DNA of 64,000 nucleotides from positions 18,105-82,104 of the forward strand of contig JAGGAC010000010.1 in assembly GCA_017889635.1 (NCBI GenBank). The letters are read 5' to 3'. The notes under the pieces were generated by a model that saw only the letters and a program-made list of their open reading frames with translations, did not search any database and was not told the origin of the DNA. Shown in pieces: positions 1-8,916 of the stretch (the stretch's first letter is position 1; each line of letters begins with the position of its first letter). Position numbers and translations under genes: made by a program. The DNA comes from Bacillota bacterium. Its GTDB lineage: Bacteria > Bacillota > Negativicutes > Sporomusales > CTSoil-080.

Positions 1-1056
1 TGTTAATTCTCGCATCCAGCCAGCTACTTTGGCAGCATCGCCGTCGCTAACAAGATAAAGTAGGCGCTCCAAATTACTGGAAATCAAAATATCCATCGAT
101 GGTGACAACGTTTTATAAAAATCGCGTTCCCGATTATAAATGCCGGTACGCAAAAAGTCGGTCAGCACATTATTATTATTCGCAGCACAAATCAATTTAT
201 TTACCGGCAACCCCATTAACTTGGCATAATAACCAGCTAAAATATTGCCGAAATTTCCTGTTGGCACCACAAAATTAACCTTTTGCCCCGCCATAATATG
301 GCCGCCTTTTACCAAATCAGCATAGGAACTAAAGTAATAAACAATCTGCGGAAGAAGCCGTCCCCAATTAATAGAATTGGCGGATGACAGTTTGAAACCA
401 TTTGCTTCTAAATCAGCCCGATAATCACTGTCGTTAAATATATTTTTTACCCCAGTCTGAGCATCATCAAAATTACCTCTAACTGCTACTACTGCAACAT
501 TGCTACCTTCCTGAGTAACCATCTGTAATTCTTGGATAGCGCTCACGCCCTGATATGGATAAAAAACAACAATCTTAGTCTGCGCCACATCGCTAAAGCC
601 TTCAAGCGCCGCCTTGCCGGTGTCACCGGAAGTAGCTACCAAAATGACAATCTCAGCCTTTTCCCCTGTTTTCTTCAAAGCTAGCGATAAAAGCTGTGGC
701 AAAAGCTGTAACGCCATATCCTTAAACGCACTTGTCGGCCCGTGCCATAACTCTAATACACTTATATCGCCAACAAGTTTAACCACCGGAGCAATTGCTT
801 TATCATCAAACTTAACTGCACTGTAAGCTGCTTTAAGACAGGCGTCAATCTCTTCCGCACTATAATCATCCAAAAACAATTTCAAAATTCTGGCCGCCCG
901 CTGATGATAATCAAGTTCCACCAATTCAGTTAAAAAACCGCCGTCCAAGCACGGCAGTTTCTCCGGCACCAACAATCCCCCATCAGGCGCAAGCCCTGTT
1001 TTTATTGCCTCTGCTGCCGTAAACCGGCCCTTTCCGCCCCGAGTACTAATATACAT
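1..1056 (-). CDS. thrC: threonine synthase (C-terminus runs off window start)
   Basis: Translating the minus strand from ATG at 1056-1054 gives MYISTRGGKGRFTAAEAIKTGLAPDGGLLVPE.... It contains the PLP-lysine motif TSAFKDMALQ typical of threonine synthase. It is absent from the ORF track because it is open to the window edge. Confidence 0.8.
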   Translation of the reverse strand, partial: MYISTRGGKGRFTAAEAIKTGLAPDGGLLVPEKLPCLDGGFLTELVELDYHQRAARILKLFLDDYSAEEIDACLKAAYSAVKFDDKAIAPVVKLVGDISVLELWHGPTSAFKDMALQLLPQLLSLALKKTGEKAEIVILVATSGDTGKAALEGFSDVAQTKIVVFYPYQGVSAIQELQMVTQEGSNVAVVAVRGNFDDAQTGVKNIFNDSDYRADLEANGFKLSSANSINWGRLLPQIVYYFSSYADLVKGGHIMAGQKVNFVVPTGNFGNILAGYYAKLMGLPVNKLICAANNNNVLTDFLRTGIYNRERDFYKTLSPSMDILISSNLERLLYLVSDGDAAKVAGWMRELT

Positions 1057-1141
1057 AAAGCGCACATCCTTTTATGCTGATTTTATTTTACTATAATTGC
1101 CGAAAAATCTCCTGCATAGCTTACCTCGCCTTTTCACCCAG

Positions 1142-1615
1142 CTAATGATAACAGGCAATAGAACAAGTTTTTCCATCCACCGCTGCCAAAAGATTATCAG
1201 GACTAACAATAACCTGGCAACCGCGTATACCGCCGCTAACTGCTATAACAGGCCAAGATAAAGCGCTTTCGTCAAGATATACCTGAAAGCGCTTTTTAGT
1301 ACCAATCGGTGATACACCGCCGCGAATATAACCAGTCAGCGGCTGTACCTCCTTGAGCGCAACCAGCTCAGTCCTTTTATTGCCACTTATCATAGCAACA
1401 GCCTTAAGATCAAGCTCTGCCGCTCCTGGTACACAGGCCAAAAATACCCCTGTTTTATCCCCGCGTACCACCAATGTTTTAAATACCTGCGCTAGTGGCA
1501 TTCCCACTTTAGATGCAACATTCTCGGCACTTAAGTCATTTTCATCAACCTCATAACTTTTTAGTTCATAGTCGAAGCCTAACCCCGCCAAAATGCGAGC
1601 AACATTTGTTTTCAT
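1142..1615 (-). CDS. ybaK: YbaK/ProX-family Cys-tRNA(Pro) deacylase
   Basis: The 157-aa ORF has YbaK/ebsC-like sequence (…GYIRGGVSPIG…). It sits in the same orientation as the downstream thrC. Confidence 0.7.
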   Translation of the reverse strand: MKTNVARILAGLGFDYELKSYEVDENDLSAENVASKVGMPLAQVFKTLVVRGDKTGVFLACVPGAAELDLKAVAMISGNKRTELVALKEVQPLTGYIRGGVSPIGTKKRFQVYLDESALSWPVIAVSGGIRGCQVIVSPDNLLAAVDGKTCSIACYH

Positions 1616-1906
1616 CTTGACAACCTCATTTTATTACACTCAATCCCTACTCCAGTATCACCATAACCAACTTCAGCCGCATGACAAACTGAATAGTACT
1701 CTTATGTAAAATCCCGTCAATATATACCATTATTTTTCACAGTATATAGTGCTTTTTCGGCTTTGTCAACTAGTCTGTCTGACACGAAAAGACTTGGCTT
1801 ACGCCCTTTTTATCTTAGGCATAAGCCAAGTTCAAATCCCAAAATCTAAGTCTTCAACAAAAGTAACTATAAATTTTGCTATCGCAAAAAAACTCAAAAC
1901 AATTAA

Positions 1907-2173
1907 CTAAAAATCCAACATCATCGACTTTACTTTAACATGAGGAACAGCGGAAAGTTTTTCTTCCAACTCAGAAGTAGTTGCTTGGTCACCACAAAGC
2001 TGCAATAAAATAAGCCCTGAGTTGCTGCAACTATCCACTGCGGCCTCATGAAGACCAAGTCTCAGCCGAATATGGCATCCATACTTTGTAAGAAGTTCTT
2101 GAACCTTTGGAGCTGTGTCAACACGGTTTTCCTGAAGAATAGCCATTATCTTTGAACAATTAGCCATACTCAT
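1907..2173 (-). CDS. small ACT-like domain protein (regulatory, in aro operon)
   Basis: The 88-aa ORF has a beta-alpha-beta-beta-alpha-beta-like pattern. It lies immediately downstream of aroF in the same orientation. Confidence 0.45.
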   Translation of the reverse strand: MSMANCSKIMAILQENRVDTAPKVQELLTKYGCHIRLRLGLHEAAVDSCSNSGLILLQLCGDQATTSELEEKLSAVPHVKVKSMMLDF

Positions 2174-2295
2174 GTGTTAGATCACCTCACATAAAATTCC
2201 TATACTTATATATCTTTCCCCAAAAGTTCTTTAATCTAATCAATAACACAACAAAAAAGGAGCCGCTTTTAAATTAGCGCTCCCCTTAAGTAAAT

Positions 2296-3309
2296 TTATT
2301 TTAGTTGCGGCATGAACTCAATAAGTCGCTCCACCGCCTGCATTAAATTAAAATAATTGCTTGGATTTAAAGACTGCGGTCCGTCGGACAGAGCTTCGGC
2401 AGGATTAGGATGAACCTCTACCATCAGTCCATCAGCTCCGGCTGCCAATGCCGCCAGAGACATTGATTTAACCAGCTTCCATCTGCCAGTGCCATGGCTT
2501 GGATCAACAATAATCGGCAAATGGCTTAGCTCCTTTATCGCCCCAACCGCGCTCAAATCCAAAGTATTGCGGGTATATTCCTCATAAGTGCGAATTCCGC
2601 GTTCACACATAATAACATCATAATTTCCCTCATTAAGAATATACTCGGCAGCATGTAGCCACTCACTAATAGTCGCAGCAATACCACGCTTCAAGAGCAC
2701 TGGCTTTCCAGCCCGTCCCACCGCCTTTAGGAGCTGGAAATTTTGCATATTGCGAGCTCCAATCTGAAGTATATCAGCATATTCGGCAACCGCATCCACC
2801 GAAGTTACTTCTGTCACCTCAGTCACGATCTTAAGACCAGTTGCCTCGCGAGCCTCGGCCAGATACTCCAACCCCTTAAGCTCAAGCCCCTGAAAGGAGT
2901 AAGGCGAGGTTCTTGGTTTATAGGCCCCGCCGCGAAGCATTTGAGCGCCACCCTCCTTAACAAGCATCGCCGCTTCCATTAACTGTTCTCGGCTTTCTAC
3001 TGCACACGGCCCAGCCATAACCACAACATTGCCGCCACCAATCTTAACGCCGTCGACATCTACCACTGTAGAATCAGGCCGGAATTTGCGACTGGCCAAT
3101 TTATAACTTTCAGTAATCGGAATTACCCTCTCCACTCCGTCCAGAGCCTCAACAGGCATAGTAGCTATCATCCGTTTATCGCCAATCAAACCAATAATAA
3201 CCGGTCCTTGTTCACTTGAGACAAACGTTTTTAGTCCAGCGGCGTGAATGCGATCCACCACCTGCTTAACCTGAGAATCTGTGGCGTTTACATTCATTAC
3301 GATAACCAT
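2296..3309 (-). CDS. aroF: 3-deoxy-7-phosphoheptulonate (DAHP) synthase, type I-beta with N-terminal regulatory domain
   Basis: The 337-aa ORF has an N-terminal ferredoxin-like/ACT extension followed by a KDO8PS/DAHPS TIM-barrel core (…GPCAVES…IVDPSHG…). It follows pheA with an 11-nt gap. Confidence 0.8.
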   Translation of the reverse strand: MVIVMNVNATDSQVKQVVDRIHAAGLKTFVSSEQGPVIIGLIGDKRMIATMPVEALDGVERVIPITESYKLASRKFRPDSTVVDVDGVKIGGGNVVVMAGPCAVESREQLMEAAMLVKEGGAQMLRGGAYKPRTSPYSFQGLELKGLEYLAEAREATGLKIVTEVTEVTSVDAVAEYADILQIGARNMQNFQLLKAVGRAGKPVLLKRGIAATISEWLHAAEYILNEGNYDVIMCERGIRTYEEYTRNTLDLSAVGAIKELSHLPIIVDPSHGTGRWKLVKSMSLAALAAGADGLMVEVHPNPAEALSDGPQSLNPSNYFNLMQAVERLIEFMPQLK

Positions 3310-3320
3310 GGTAAACCTCC

Positions 3321-4172
3321 CTATTCAACAGTATTAATTGGGTAAGACCCTAAATTTTTAAACCACAGGCTCTCAGCCTTAACCGCATTCAGTGCGTGAG
3401 CAACTTGCTCATCTTCCCAGGAACCTTCGAGATCAAAGAAAAAGACATACAAACCAAAACCACCACGGGAAGGACGCGATTCAATCTTTGTCAAATTGAC
3501 ACCACGTTTAGCAAATTCCCCCAGAATGGAGTACAAAGCACCTGCCTTTTCTCCGTTTATCTGGCAAACTATCGAGGTTTTACTCTTAACTCCGGCTGCA
3601 CTAACAGGTTCTTTCGACAACACCAAAAACCGCGTGGCGTTATTAGAATTATCCTGGATATCTTGATCCAAAACATCCAGACCATATATTTCCGCTGATC
3701 GCAAACTGCCAATTGCCGCATAGTTTTTCGCTCCGCTGGCAACCTTGTAAGCCGCAGCTGCAGTACTCTCTACTTCCACACGGTCGGTACCAGGATAATG
3801 TTTATCAAGATAATGACGACACTGGGCTAATGCCTGAGCATGAGAACAAATTACGTTTATATGCTTAGTACCTGGTTTTACAATTAAGTTATGCCGAATC
3901 GGTTTAACCATTTCCTTAATAACAAACAAATTCGCTTCATGAGCCAACGTATCCAGGGTTACATTAACTGATCCTTCAAGGGAATTCTCCACCGGTACAA
4001 TGCCTTCTGCTACTTCGCCTGAATCTACAGCCATAATAACTGAGCTAATGCTGGGATAAGGCGTAAAGCATCCTTCAACTCCACGATAAAAGCTAAGCGC
4101 AATTTCTTCGCTGAAAGTACCTCTCGGCCCTAGATAACCGACCTTTTTTTGAGCAGTTTTACACTCTGTCAT
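3321..4172 (-). CDS. pheA: prephenate dehydratase
   Basis: The 283-aa ORF has a PDT domain plus a C-terminal ACT domain (…[20 protein letters not shown]…). It is preceded by a T-box leader. Confidence 0.85.
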   Translation of the reverse strand: MTECKTAQKKVGYLGPRGTFSEEIALSFYRGVEGCFTPYPSISSVIMAVDSGEVAEGIVPVENSLEGSVNVTLDTLAHEANLFVIKEMVKPIRHNLIVKPGTKHINVICSHAQALAQCRHYLDKHYPGTDRVEVESTAAAAYKVASGAKNYAAIGSLRSAEIYGLDVLDQDIQDNSNNATRFLVLSKEPVSAAGVKSKTSIVCQINGEKAGALYSILGEFAKRGVNLTKIESRPSRGGFGLYVFFFDLEGSWEDEQVAHALNAVKAESLWFKNLGSYPINTVE

Positions 4173-4194
4173 TAATCATTCCTCCGTTTACAAT

Positions 4195-4480
4195 AAAAAA
4201 ATAAAACCCTCATCCCCTAAAGGACGAGAGCTGTTCTCGCGGTACCACCTTTGTTACCTGCCCTAACAGTAGCAGGTCACTATTATGAAGTACGGGCTTC
4301 GTGCCGATACTCCCCTCCTTTTAACGGCAAAGGCAACCGTCATTACCTACCACCAACTTAAGGCTTCAGCATGCTACTCCAAAGAGAACTTCGGCATATC
4401 CCTTGTACCAGGCTCTCACCATCCCCGGCTCTCTGCACCTAAAGATTATGCTTACTTTTCTTTATCATCGTATTTTGAAC
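4195..4480 (-). promoter_or_regulatory. T-box riboswitch leader controlling the pheA-aroF operon
   Basis: The plus strand carries CGCGGTACCACC, the reverse complement of the conserved T-box GGTGGTACCGCG. On the minus strand it is followed by a terminator hairpin (AAAGGACGAGAGCTGTTCTC…GGGATGAGGGTTTTATTTTTTT). A Stem-I-like AGAGAG element lies upstream. The candidate specifier is UUC (Phe) or UAC (Tyr). Confidence 0.7.
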
Positions 4481-4542
4481 TGTTTATTTATTGATAGAAT
4501 TATACCACGCTGCCACAGTTAGCGCAATACTTTCCAGAAAAA

Positions 4543-5184
4543 TTATTGGTTATTAGTATCCGGTATGGCAATAACAGGCCAATTGACCGGATCAAGCCAA
4601 GCAATTAATTTAACAAGATCCTCTTCCGCCATAGCAATACATCCTCTAGTAGGCACACCGGAAGCTCGCCAAAGGTGGATAAAAATAGCGCTGCCCTTGC
4701 CACTAACAACTGGTGCGGTATTATATTCCACTACAACGCCATAGCGATATAACCCGTCAGCTCTAAGCATCGACTCATAAGATGCTGCTTTTGGCCGCCC
4801 GTGTACCCAATGATTATACTCCGGCGAAGCTGGATCATCAACCCAAAAGTCATCTTCTGATGTTTGACGATACGGCATATCAATTGCCACAATCGGCCTA
4901 CTGCCAAACACCATTCCCAGCGGATATACCCCCGTCGGTGTACAGCCGTCCCCCTCTTTTTTTCTTTCAGGCGACACCAAACCATTCCTTCCGATAGTAG
5001 CTGGTATCGGCCCATAGACAGTTCGCCAACTTTCCTGTTTGAATTCCCATAAAGAAACCTCTGCCAAATAACTTCCCGCCTCAGCCTTTACCAGCACTGC
5101 CTGAGTTATCTTTAAATCTACCGCCCTAACCATCTCTGGAAAAGTATTGTTCATGTCATCATCTCCAAGTGCATTTTCAAACAA
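4543..5184 (-). CDS. L,D-transpeptidase (YkuD-like) family protein
   Basis: The 213-aa ORF has the catalytic-type motif FIHLWRASGVPTRGCIAM (H…GC). Confidence 0.6.
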   Translation of the reverse strand: MFENALGDDDMNNTFPEMVRAVDLKITQAVLVKAEAGSYLAEVSLWEFKQESWRTVYGPIPATIGRNGLVSPERKKEGDGCTPTGVYPLGMVFGSRPIVAIDMPYRQTSEDDFWVDDPASPEYNHWVHGRPKAASYESMLRADGLYRYGVVVEYNTAPVVSGKGSAIFIHLWRASGVPTRGCIAMAEEDLVKLIAWLDPVNWPVIAIPDTNNQ

Positions 5185-6330
5185 TCACACATCAAGACGT
5201 TGCCGCACGGCCCCCGGCCCATCCTGGGCTATCGCAACCTTGGCCTCCCCGAAAGTTTTCATATCGTTTAACATGCCCAGACTGGCGTCAATCATCGATA
5301 TCCCCAAAGCTGCTCCCGTTCCTTCGCCCAACTGCAAATTAAGGTGTAGATAAGCTGGTATTCCAATAAGCTCCAGCGCCACGGAATGAGCTGGCTCACA
5401 GGAAAGATGGGACCCAACAAGATAATCCTTTACCTCCGGGGCCAATTTAACAGCTATAAGTGCCGCTGCTGCTGTAACTACACCGTCAATTACCACCACC
5501 GCCCGTCCGGCAGCGGCCGCTAAAATCACACCAACCAATCCGGCTATTTCCAACCCGCCTAATTTCGCCAACACCGCTAATGGATCACCAATATCAGGCT
5601 GATTTACCGCCAGTGCCTGTTCGATAACTTGGACCTTGTGTTTAAAACTGGCACTGGACATGTCATTATCTTTTCCAGCGAGCTTAACTATCGGCAAAGC
5701 CGCATAACAAGCGACAACCGCTGCAGCGGACGTCGTATTTGCAGTACCAAATTCGCCTAAACCAATTATCTGTATTCCCTTTGCCAGTTCATCACGGGCC
5801 ACACAAATGCCTCTTTCAATAGCCCTGAGAGTCTCTTCGCGAGTCATCGCCGGCCCCTTGATAATGTTGGCTGAACCATAGCGGACTTTTTCCCGCCGTA
5901 ATGTCGGTAAATCTGGCAAATCGGAAGCTATGCCGACATCCACCAGTACCAACTGAACATCAATATAATTAGCAAAACTATTAATCACGGCTTGACCATG
6001 ACAGCAATTAACAACCCGCCGCCAAGTAACTTCTGACGAAAAAGCTCCGACACCTTCCTCCGCTACCCCATGATCGGCGGCCATAAGAATAATGCTTCGC
6101 TTAATATTTCTCGGCTTGTCCTTCCTAGTGACACCAGCCACTTTTCGGGCCAAATATTCTAAACCATTCAAACTACCTAACGGTTTAGTTAAATTGTCAA
6201 GCCGCAACTGACACAAATCCATCGCCGCTTCGTCCAGTGGTTCGATTGCTGCTAACAAATCTACTAGCATCCATCCACCTCCATACTGATTTACCATGCT
6301 ACTTTTTATAGCACTTTTGACTCTGAGCAC
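5185..6330 (-). CDS. cobT: CobT-family nicotinate-nucleotide:base phosphoribosyltransferase paralog (ArsB-like)
   Basis: The 381-aa ORF belongs to the CobT family, but its core motif deviates to GEFGTANTT. It overlaps the upstream paralog by 25 nt and has a C-terminal QLGEGTGAAL. Confidence 0.75.
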   Translation of the reverse strand: MLRVKSAIKSSMVNQYGGGWMLVDLLAAIEPLDEAAMDLCQLRLDNLTKPLGSLNGLEYLARKVAGVTRKDKPRNIKRSIILMAADHGVAEEGVGAFSSEVTWRRVVNCCHGQAVINSFANYIDVQLVLVDVGIASDLPDLPTLRREKVRYGSANIIKGPAMTREETLRAIERGICVARDELAKGIQIIGLGEFGTANTTSAAAVVACYAALPIVKLAGKDNDMSSASFKHKVQVIEQALAVNQPDIGDPLAVLAKLGGLEIAGLVGVILAAAAGRAVVVIDGVVTAAAALIAVKLAPEVKDYLVGSHLSCEPAHSVALELIGIPAYLHLNLQLGEGTGAALGISMIDASLGMLNDMKTFGEAKVAIAQDGPGAVRQRLDV

Positions 6331-7403
6331 TTCACCATATCATCGTTCATTTTGATTGAAATATCTAATAAATGCATAGCGAGCGAAGCACCAGCCCCTT
6401 CACCAAGTCGCAACCCCATATCAATATACGCCTCAAGTCCAAGAACACGGAGCATTTTTGCATGTGCTGGCTCCGCGGAGAGATGCGATGCCAACATAAA
6501 GCCCTTACAAAGTGGACTTAAAGAATTAGCAATAAGCCCCGCCGCAGTAGCGTTGAAGCCATCAATGACCACAATACAGCGTTTAGCTGCCGCAGCTAAA
6601 ATAACGCCAGCCAAAGCGCCGAGCTCAAATCCGCCAACCTTGGCGAGAATATCAATACCATCTTCCGGGTCAGGGTTATTTATCGCTAATGCCTGGCGAA
6701 CAGCAGCAATCTTTACCCGCATACGCCTATCAGATATTCCGGTACCCCGACCAGTAGCTTCTTTTGGAGTTAATCCCTCAAAGGCTGCTGTAATTGCAGC
6801 GCTGGACGTTGTATTTCCGATCCCCATTTCTCCTAGGCTAAAACAGCGATACCCTCGTTCCACTAATTCATCAACAACTGTAATTCCTGTTTCTATAGCA
6901 CTAATGGCCTCCGTGCGAGTCATCGCTGGTCCTTCGGTAAAATTCTTCGTCCCCCAAGCAATCTTATGATGCAACAAACCTGGTACATCAGACATATCGC
7001 CAGCAATTCCCATATCAATCACAACCATGTCGGCTTTCGAAAACTTAGCCATAGCATTGGCTCCGGCTCCTTTAGACACGAGATAATTGCGAGTCATCTG
7101 CATCGTTGTTTCAACAGGATAAGCGCTAATGCCAAGTTTAGCCACACCATGATCGGCGCAAGCCAATACCATGCATTTTCGCGGAATACTTGGTCGTTCA
7201 TCACCAATAATACCGGCATACTGTACAACCATGTCTTCCAGCCGTCCTAAGCTCCCCTGGAGCTTCGACAGATTGTCAAACCTCTTTTCCACCACTTGCA
7301 TAACCGCCGCATCAAGTGGTGCTATTTCCGACAAGGTTTCTGCCAACAACGCCCTAATCCCTCCTGCACAAAATGAAAAGGCCTTTTTGATGAGCACCAC
7401 CAA
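6306..7403 (-). CDS. cobT: CobT-family nicotinate-nucleotide:base phosphoribosyltransferase paralog (ArsA-like)
   Basis: The 365-aa ORF has the canonical GEMGIGNTT and LGEGAGAS CobT motifs. The true start may be at an internal Met. Confidence 0.8.
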   Translation of the reverse strand: MVVLIKKAFSFCAGGIRALLAETLSEIAPLDAAVMQVVEKRFDNLSKLQGSLGRLEDMVVQYAGIIGDERPSIPRKCMVLACADHGVAKLGISAYPVETTMQMTRNYLVSKGAGANAMAKFSKADMVVIDMGIAGDMSDVPGLLHHKIAWGTKNFTEGPAMTRTEAISAIETGITVVDELVERGYRCFSLGEMGIGNTTSSAAITAAFEGLTPKEATGRGTGISDRRMRVKIAAVRQALAINNPDPEDGIDILAKVGGFELGALAGVILAAAAKRCIVVIDGFNATAAGLIANSLSPLCKGFMLASHLSAEPAHAKMLRVLGLEAYIDMGLRLGEGAGASLAMHLLDISIKMNDDMVKCSESKVL

Positions 7404-7559
7404 AAAAGCCCTAGTCTTCCAGGCATTACTCGCCTTATAATCATTTTACCTCATTATACCAGTCGACTATTTGGATCGTCAACCCATACGCACACCTCAG
7501 CAAACCACTGCGTAATATATTATGACTACAGTTCTAAAAATTTTAAAAGGGGGATAGCA

Positions 7560-7679
7560 ATGAATATTCGAAATTTTGGGTGCGGATGGGGTTTTGGTAG
7601 TGGCTTTATTATATTTATTATTATCATCATCATACTTCTATTGTTTTTTACATTTGAAGAAGAATCCGGCACAATATGA
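7560..7679 (+). CDS. YjcZ-like tiny transmembrane (sporulation-associated) protein, 39 aa
   Basis: It is not in the ORF track because it is under 60 aa. An ATG at 7560 is preceded by AAAGGGGGATAGCA (RBS, 7-nt spacer). The product is MNIRNFGCGWGFGSGFIIFIIIIIILLLFFTFEEESGTI. The Gly/Cys-rich N-terminus followed by a single hydrophobic helix resembles the YjcZ/tiny_TM_bacill family. Confidence 0.4.
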   Translation: MNIRNFGCGWGFGSGFIIFIIIIIILLLFFTFEEESGTI

Positions 7680-7873
7680 CAAATCCAATATAATAATTCA
7701 AATGCCAACTTTATTAGCCGGGTTTGTCCCGGTTCTTTTGTTTTACCGATACATAAAAGACCTACTGATCAGCAACCAAAAAAAGAAACGGCAACTCAAA
7801 GGCTACCGATTCTTTCAAAGTTTAAGTTATAACATTCCAGACATATTACATTTCACCATAAAAACCATCACAC

Positions 7874-8071
7874 CTATACCATTTCATGATGTGGCATGCC
7901 GCATCGAGGACAATAATCATGGTGATGATGTTTATACTCGTGACCGCAGTAAGAACATACCCTTACAACATGATAGCAACAATCTTCATAAATCTTATAT
8001 TTTATTTCACCAACGCATCTTCTCATGCACTTAGGCTTGCAGTAATGGCCGCAACCTTCATATCGATCCAT
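7874..8071 (-). CDS. Cys/His-rich small protein (candidate spore coat / metal-binding protein)
   Basis: The 65-aa product has about 11 Cys and 10 His, including HHHH. A perfect RBS AAAGGAGGT lies 9 nt before the ATG. A sigma-K-like promoter lies upstream. Confidence 0.55.
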   Translation of the reverse strand: MDRYEGCGHYCKPKCMRRCVGEIKYKIYEDCCYHVVRVCSYCGHEYKHHHHDYCPRCGMPHHEMV

Positions 8072-8095
8072 TATTCAAATACCTCCTTTCTACTA

Positions 8096-8123
8096 TACGA
8101 TATGCACAATGGCGACAACATGT
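8096..8123 (-). promoter_or_regulatory. sigma-K-type promoter (AC-17 nt-CATATCGTA) for the Cys/His-rich gene
   Basis: The minus strand reads AC ATGTTGTCGCCATTGTG CATATCGTA, which fits AC-17-CATAnnnTA. The RBS begins about 9 nt downstream of the -10, so the leader is very short. Confidence 0.4.
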
Positions 8124-8183
8124 TATGTTTTGCATTACTTTTTTGATTATTTGCTTCTTAGTTAGAGATAGGTGTAAACAGTA

Positions 8184-8211
8184 ACACTATTTACCGATTA
8201 TTCATACTGTA
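8184..8211 (+). promoter_or_regulatory. sigma-K-type promoter (AC-17 nt-CATACTGTA) for the 8251 gene
   Basis: The plus strand reads AC ACTATTTACCGATTATT CATACTGTA, which fits AC-17-CATAnnnTA. It is followed by an RBS GGAGG and the ATG at 8251. Confidence 0.45.
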
Positions 8212-8250
8212 TAGTAAGCTAAATTCAATCCCAGAAGGAGGTAATATTAG

Positions 8251-8838
8251 ATGAGTATTTTTCGGGAACTTTGTAATTGTGCTCTAATTAGGGAATTAGG
8301 GCGTGAACTTAACACTGATGTTCTTTTATTTGGGTTCGACGGCTTTACTTATTTTGGTACCTTACAGGCAATCGACGATTCACGAATTGCCATTCTTTCA
8401 CCAGCAGTTGAAGCTGAAACCAGCAATGTTGAAATTCTTTCGCCAGGCGGAGAACTTGTCGAAGTAAAATTTGCCCGCGTAGATCTATGGCAGATAGTTG
8501 CAAAGGGTACAGGAATAGTAACTGACCCTATCGATCCTCCGCGGCCGCCAGGTCCAGCCGTTGTCCTCCAGGAAGCATCATTAGGAACTACCGAGCGACA
8601 GGAAAGTTGCGATTTAATTCGCTGGCTCGCCCGTCAAGTAGGTGATGACGTTGCAATAACTACTCTCGGTGGGTTCCTCTTTGAAGGAACTCTCAGCGAA
8701 CTTGATGACTGCTTAGCGATTCTGTCGGTAGACGACATTTTTGTCCCTGGTACCAGTTCCAGCATTTCAAGTAACAATCTGAGATCGGTAGTAATCAATC
8801 TTAACGCCATTACGTCAGTGTCCGGGGCCACGAGCTAA
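8251..8838 (+). CDS. hypothetical protein with two tandem Sm-like/small-barrel repeats
   Basis: The 195-aa product has a strong RBS (AGAAGGAGGT). It shows an internal duplication: LLFGFDGFTYFGTLQAIDDSRIAILS versus ITTLGGFLFEGTLSELDDCLAILS. Confidence 0.6.
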   Translation: MSIFRELCNCALIRELGRELNTDVLLFGFDGFTYFGTLQAIDDSRIAILSPAVEAETSNVEILSPGGELVEVKFARVDLWQIVAKGTGIVTDPIDPPRPPGPAVVLQEASLGTTERQESCDLIRWLARQVGDDVAITTLGGFLFEGTLSELDDCLAILSVDDIFVPGTSSSISSNNLRSVVINLNAITSVSGATS

Positions 8839-8916
8839 CAATCCATCTTATGTAAAAGGACCCGGTTCAATAACTACCGGGTCTTTGTTAATTACAAAAT
8901 TGAGGAGGTTAAAACC

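Noticed and set aside
614-826. 70-aa plus-strand ORF
   Set aside because: It lies antisense inside the well-supported thrC coding region.
7576-8034. 152-aa plus-strand ORF (TTG start)
   Set aside because: It is low-complexity and overlaps both the YjcZ-like tiny gene (different frame) and the RBS-supported Cys/His-rich gene on the other strand.
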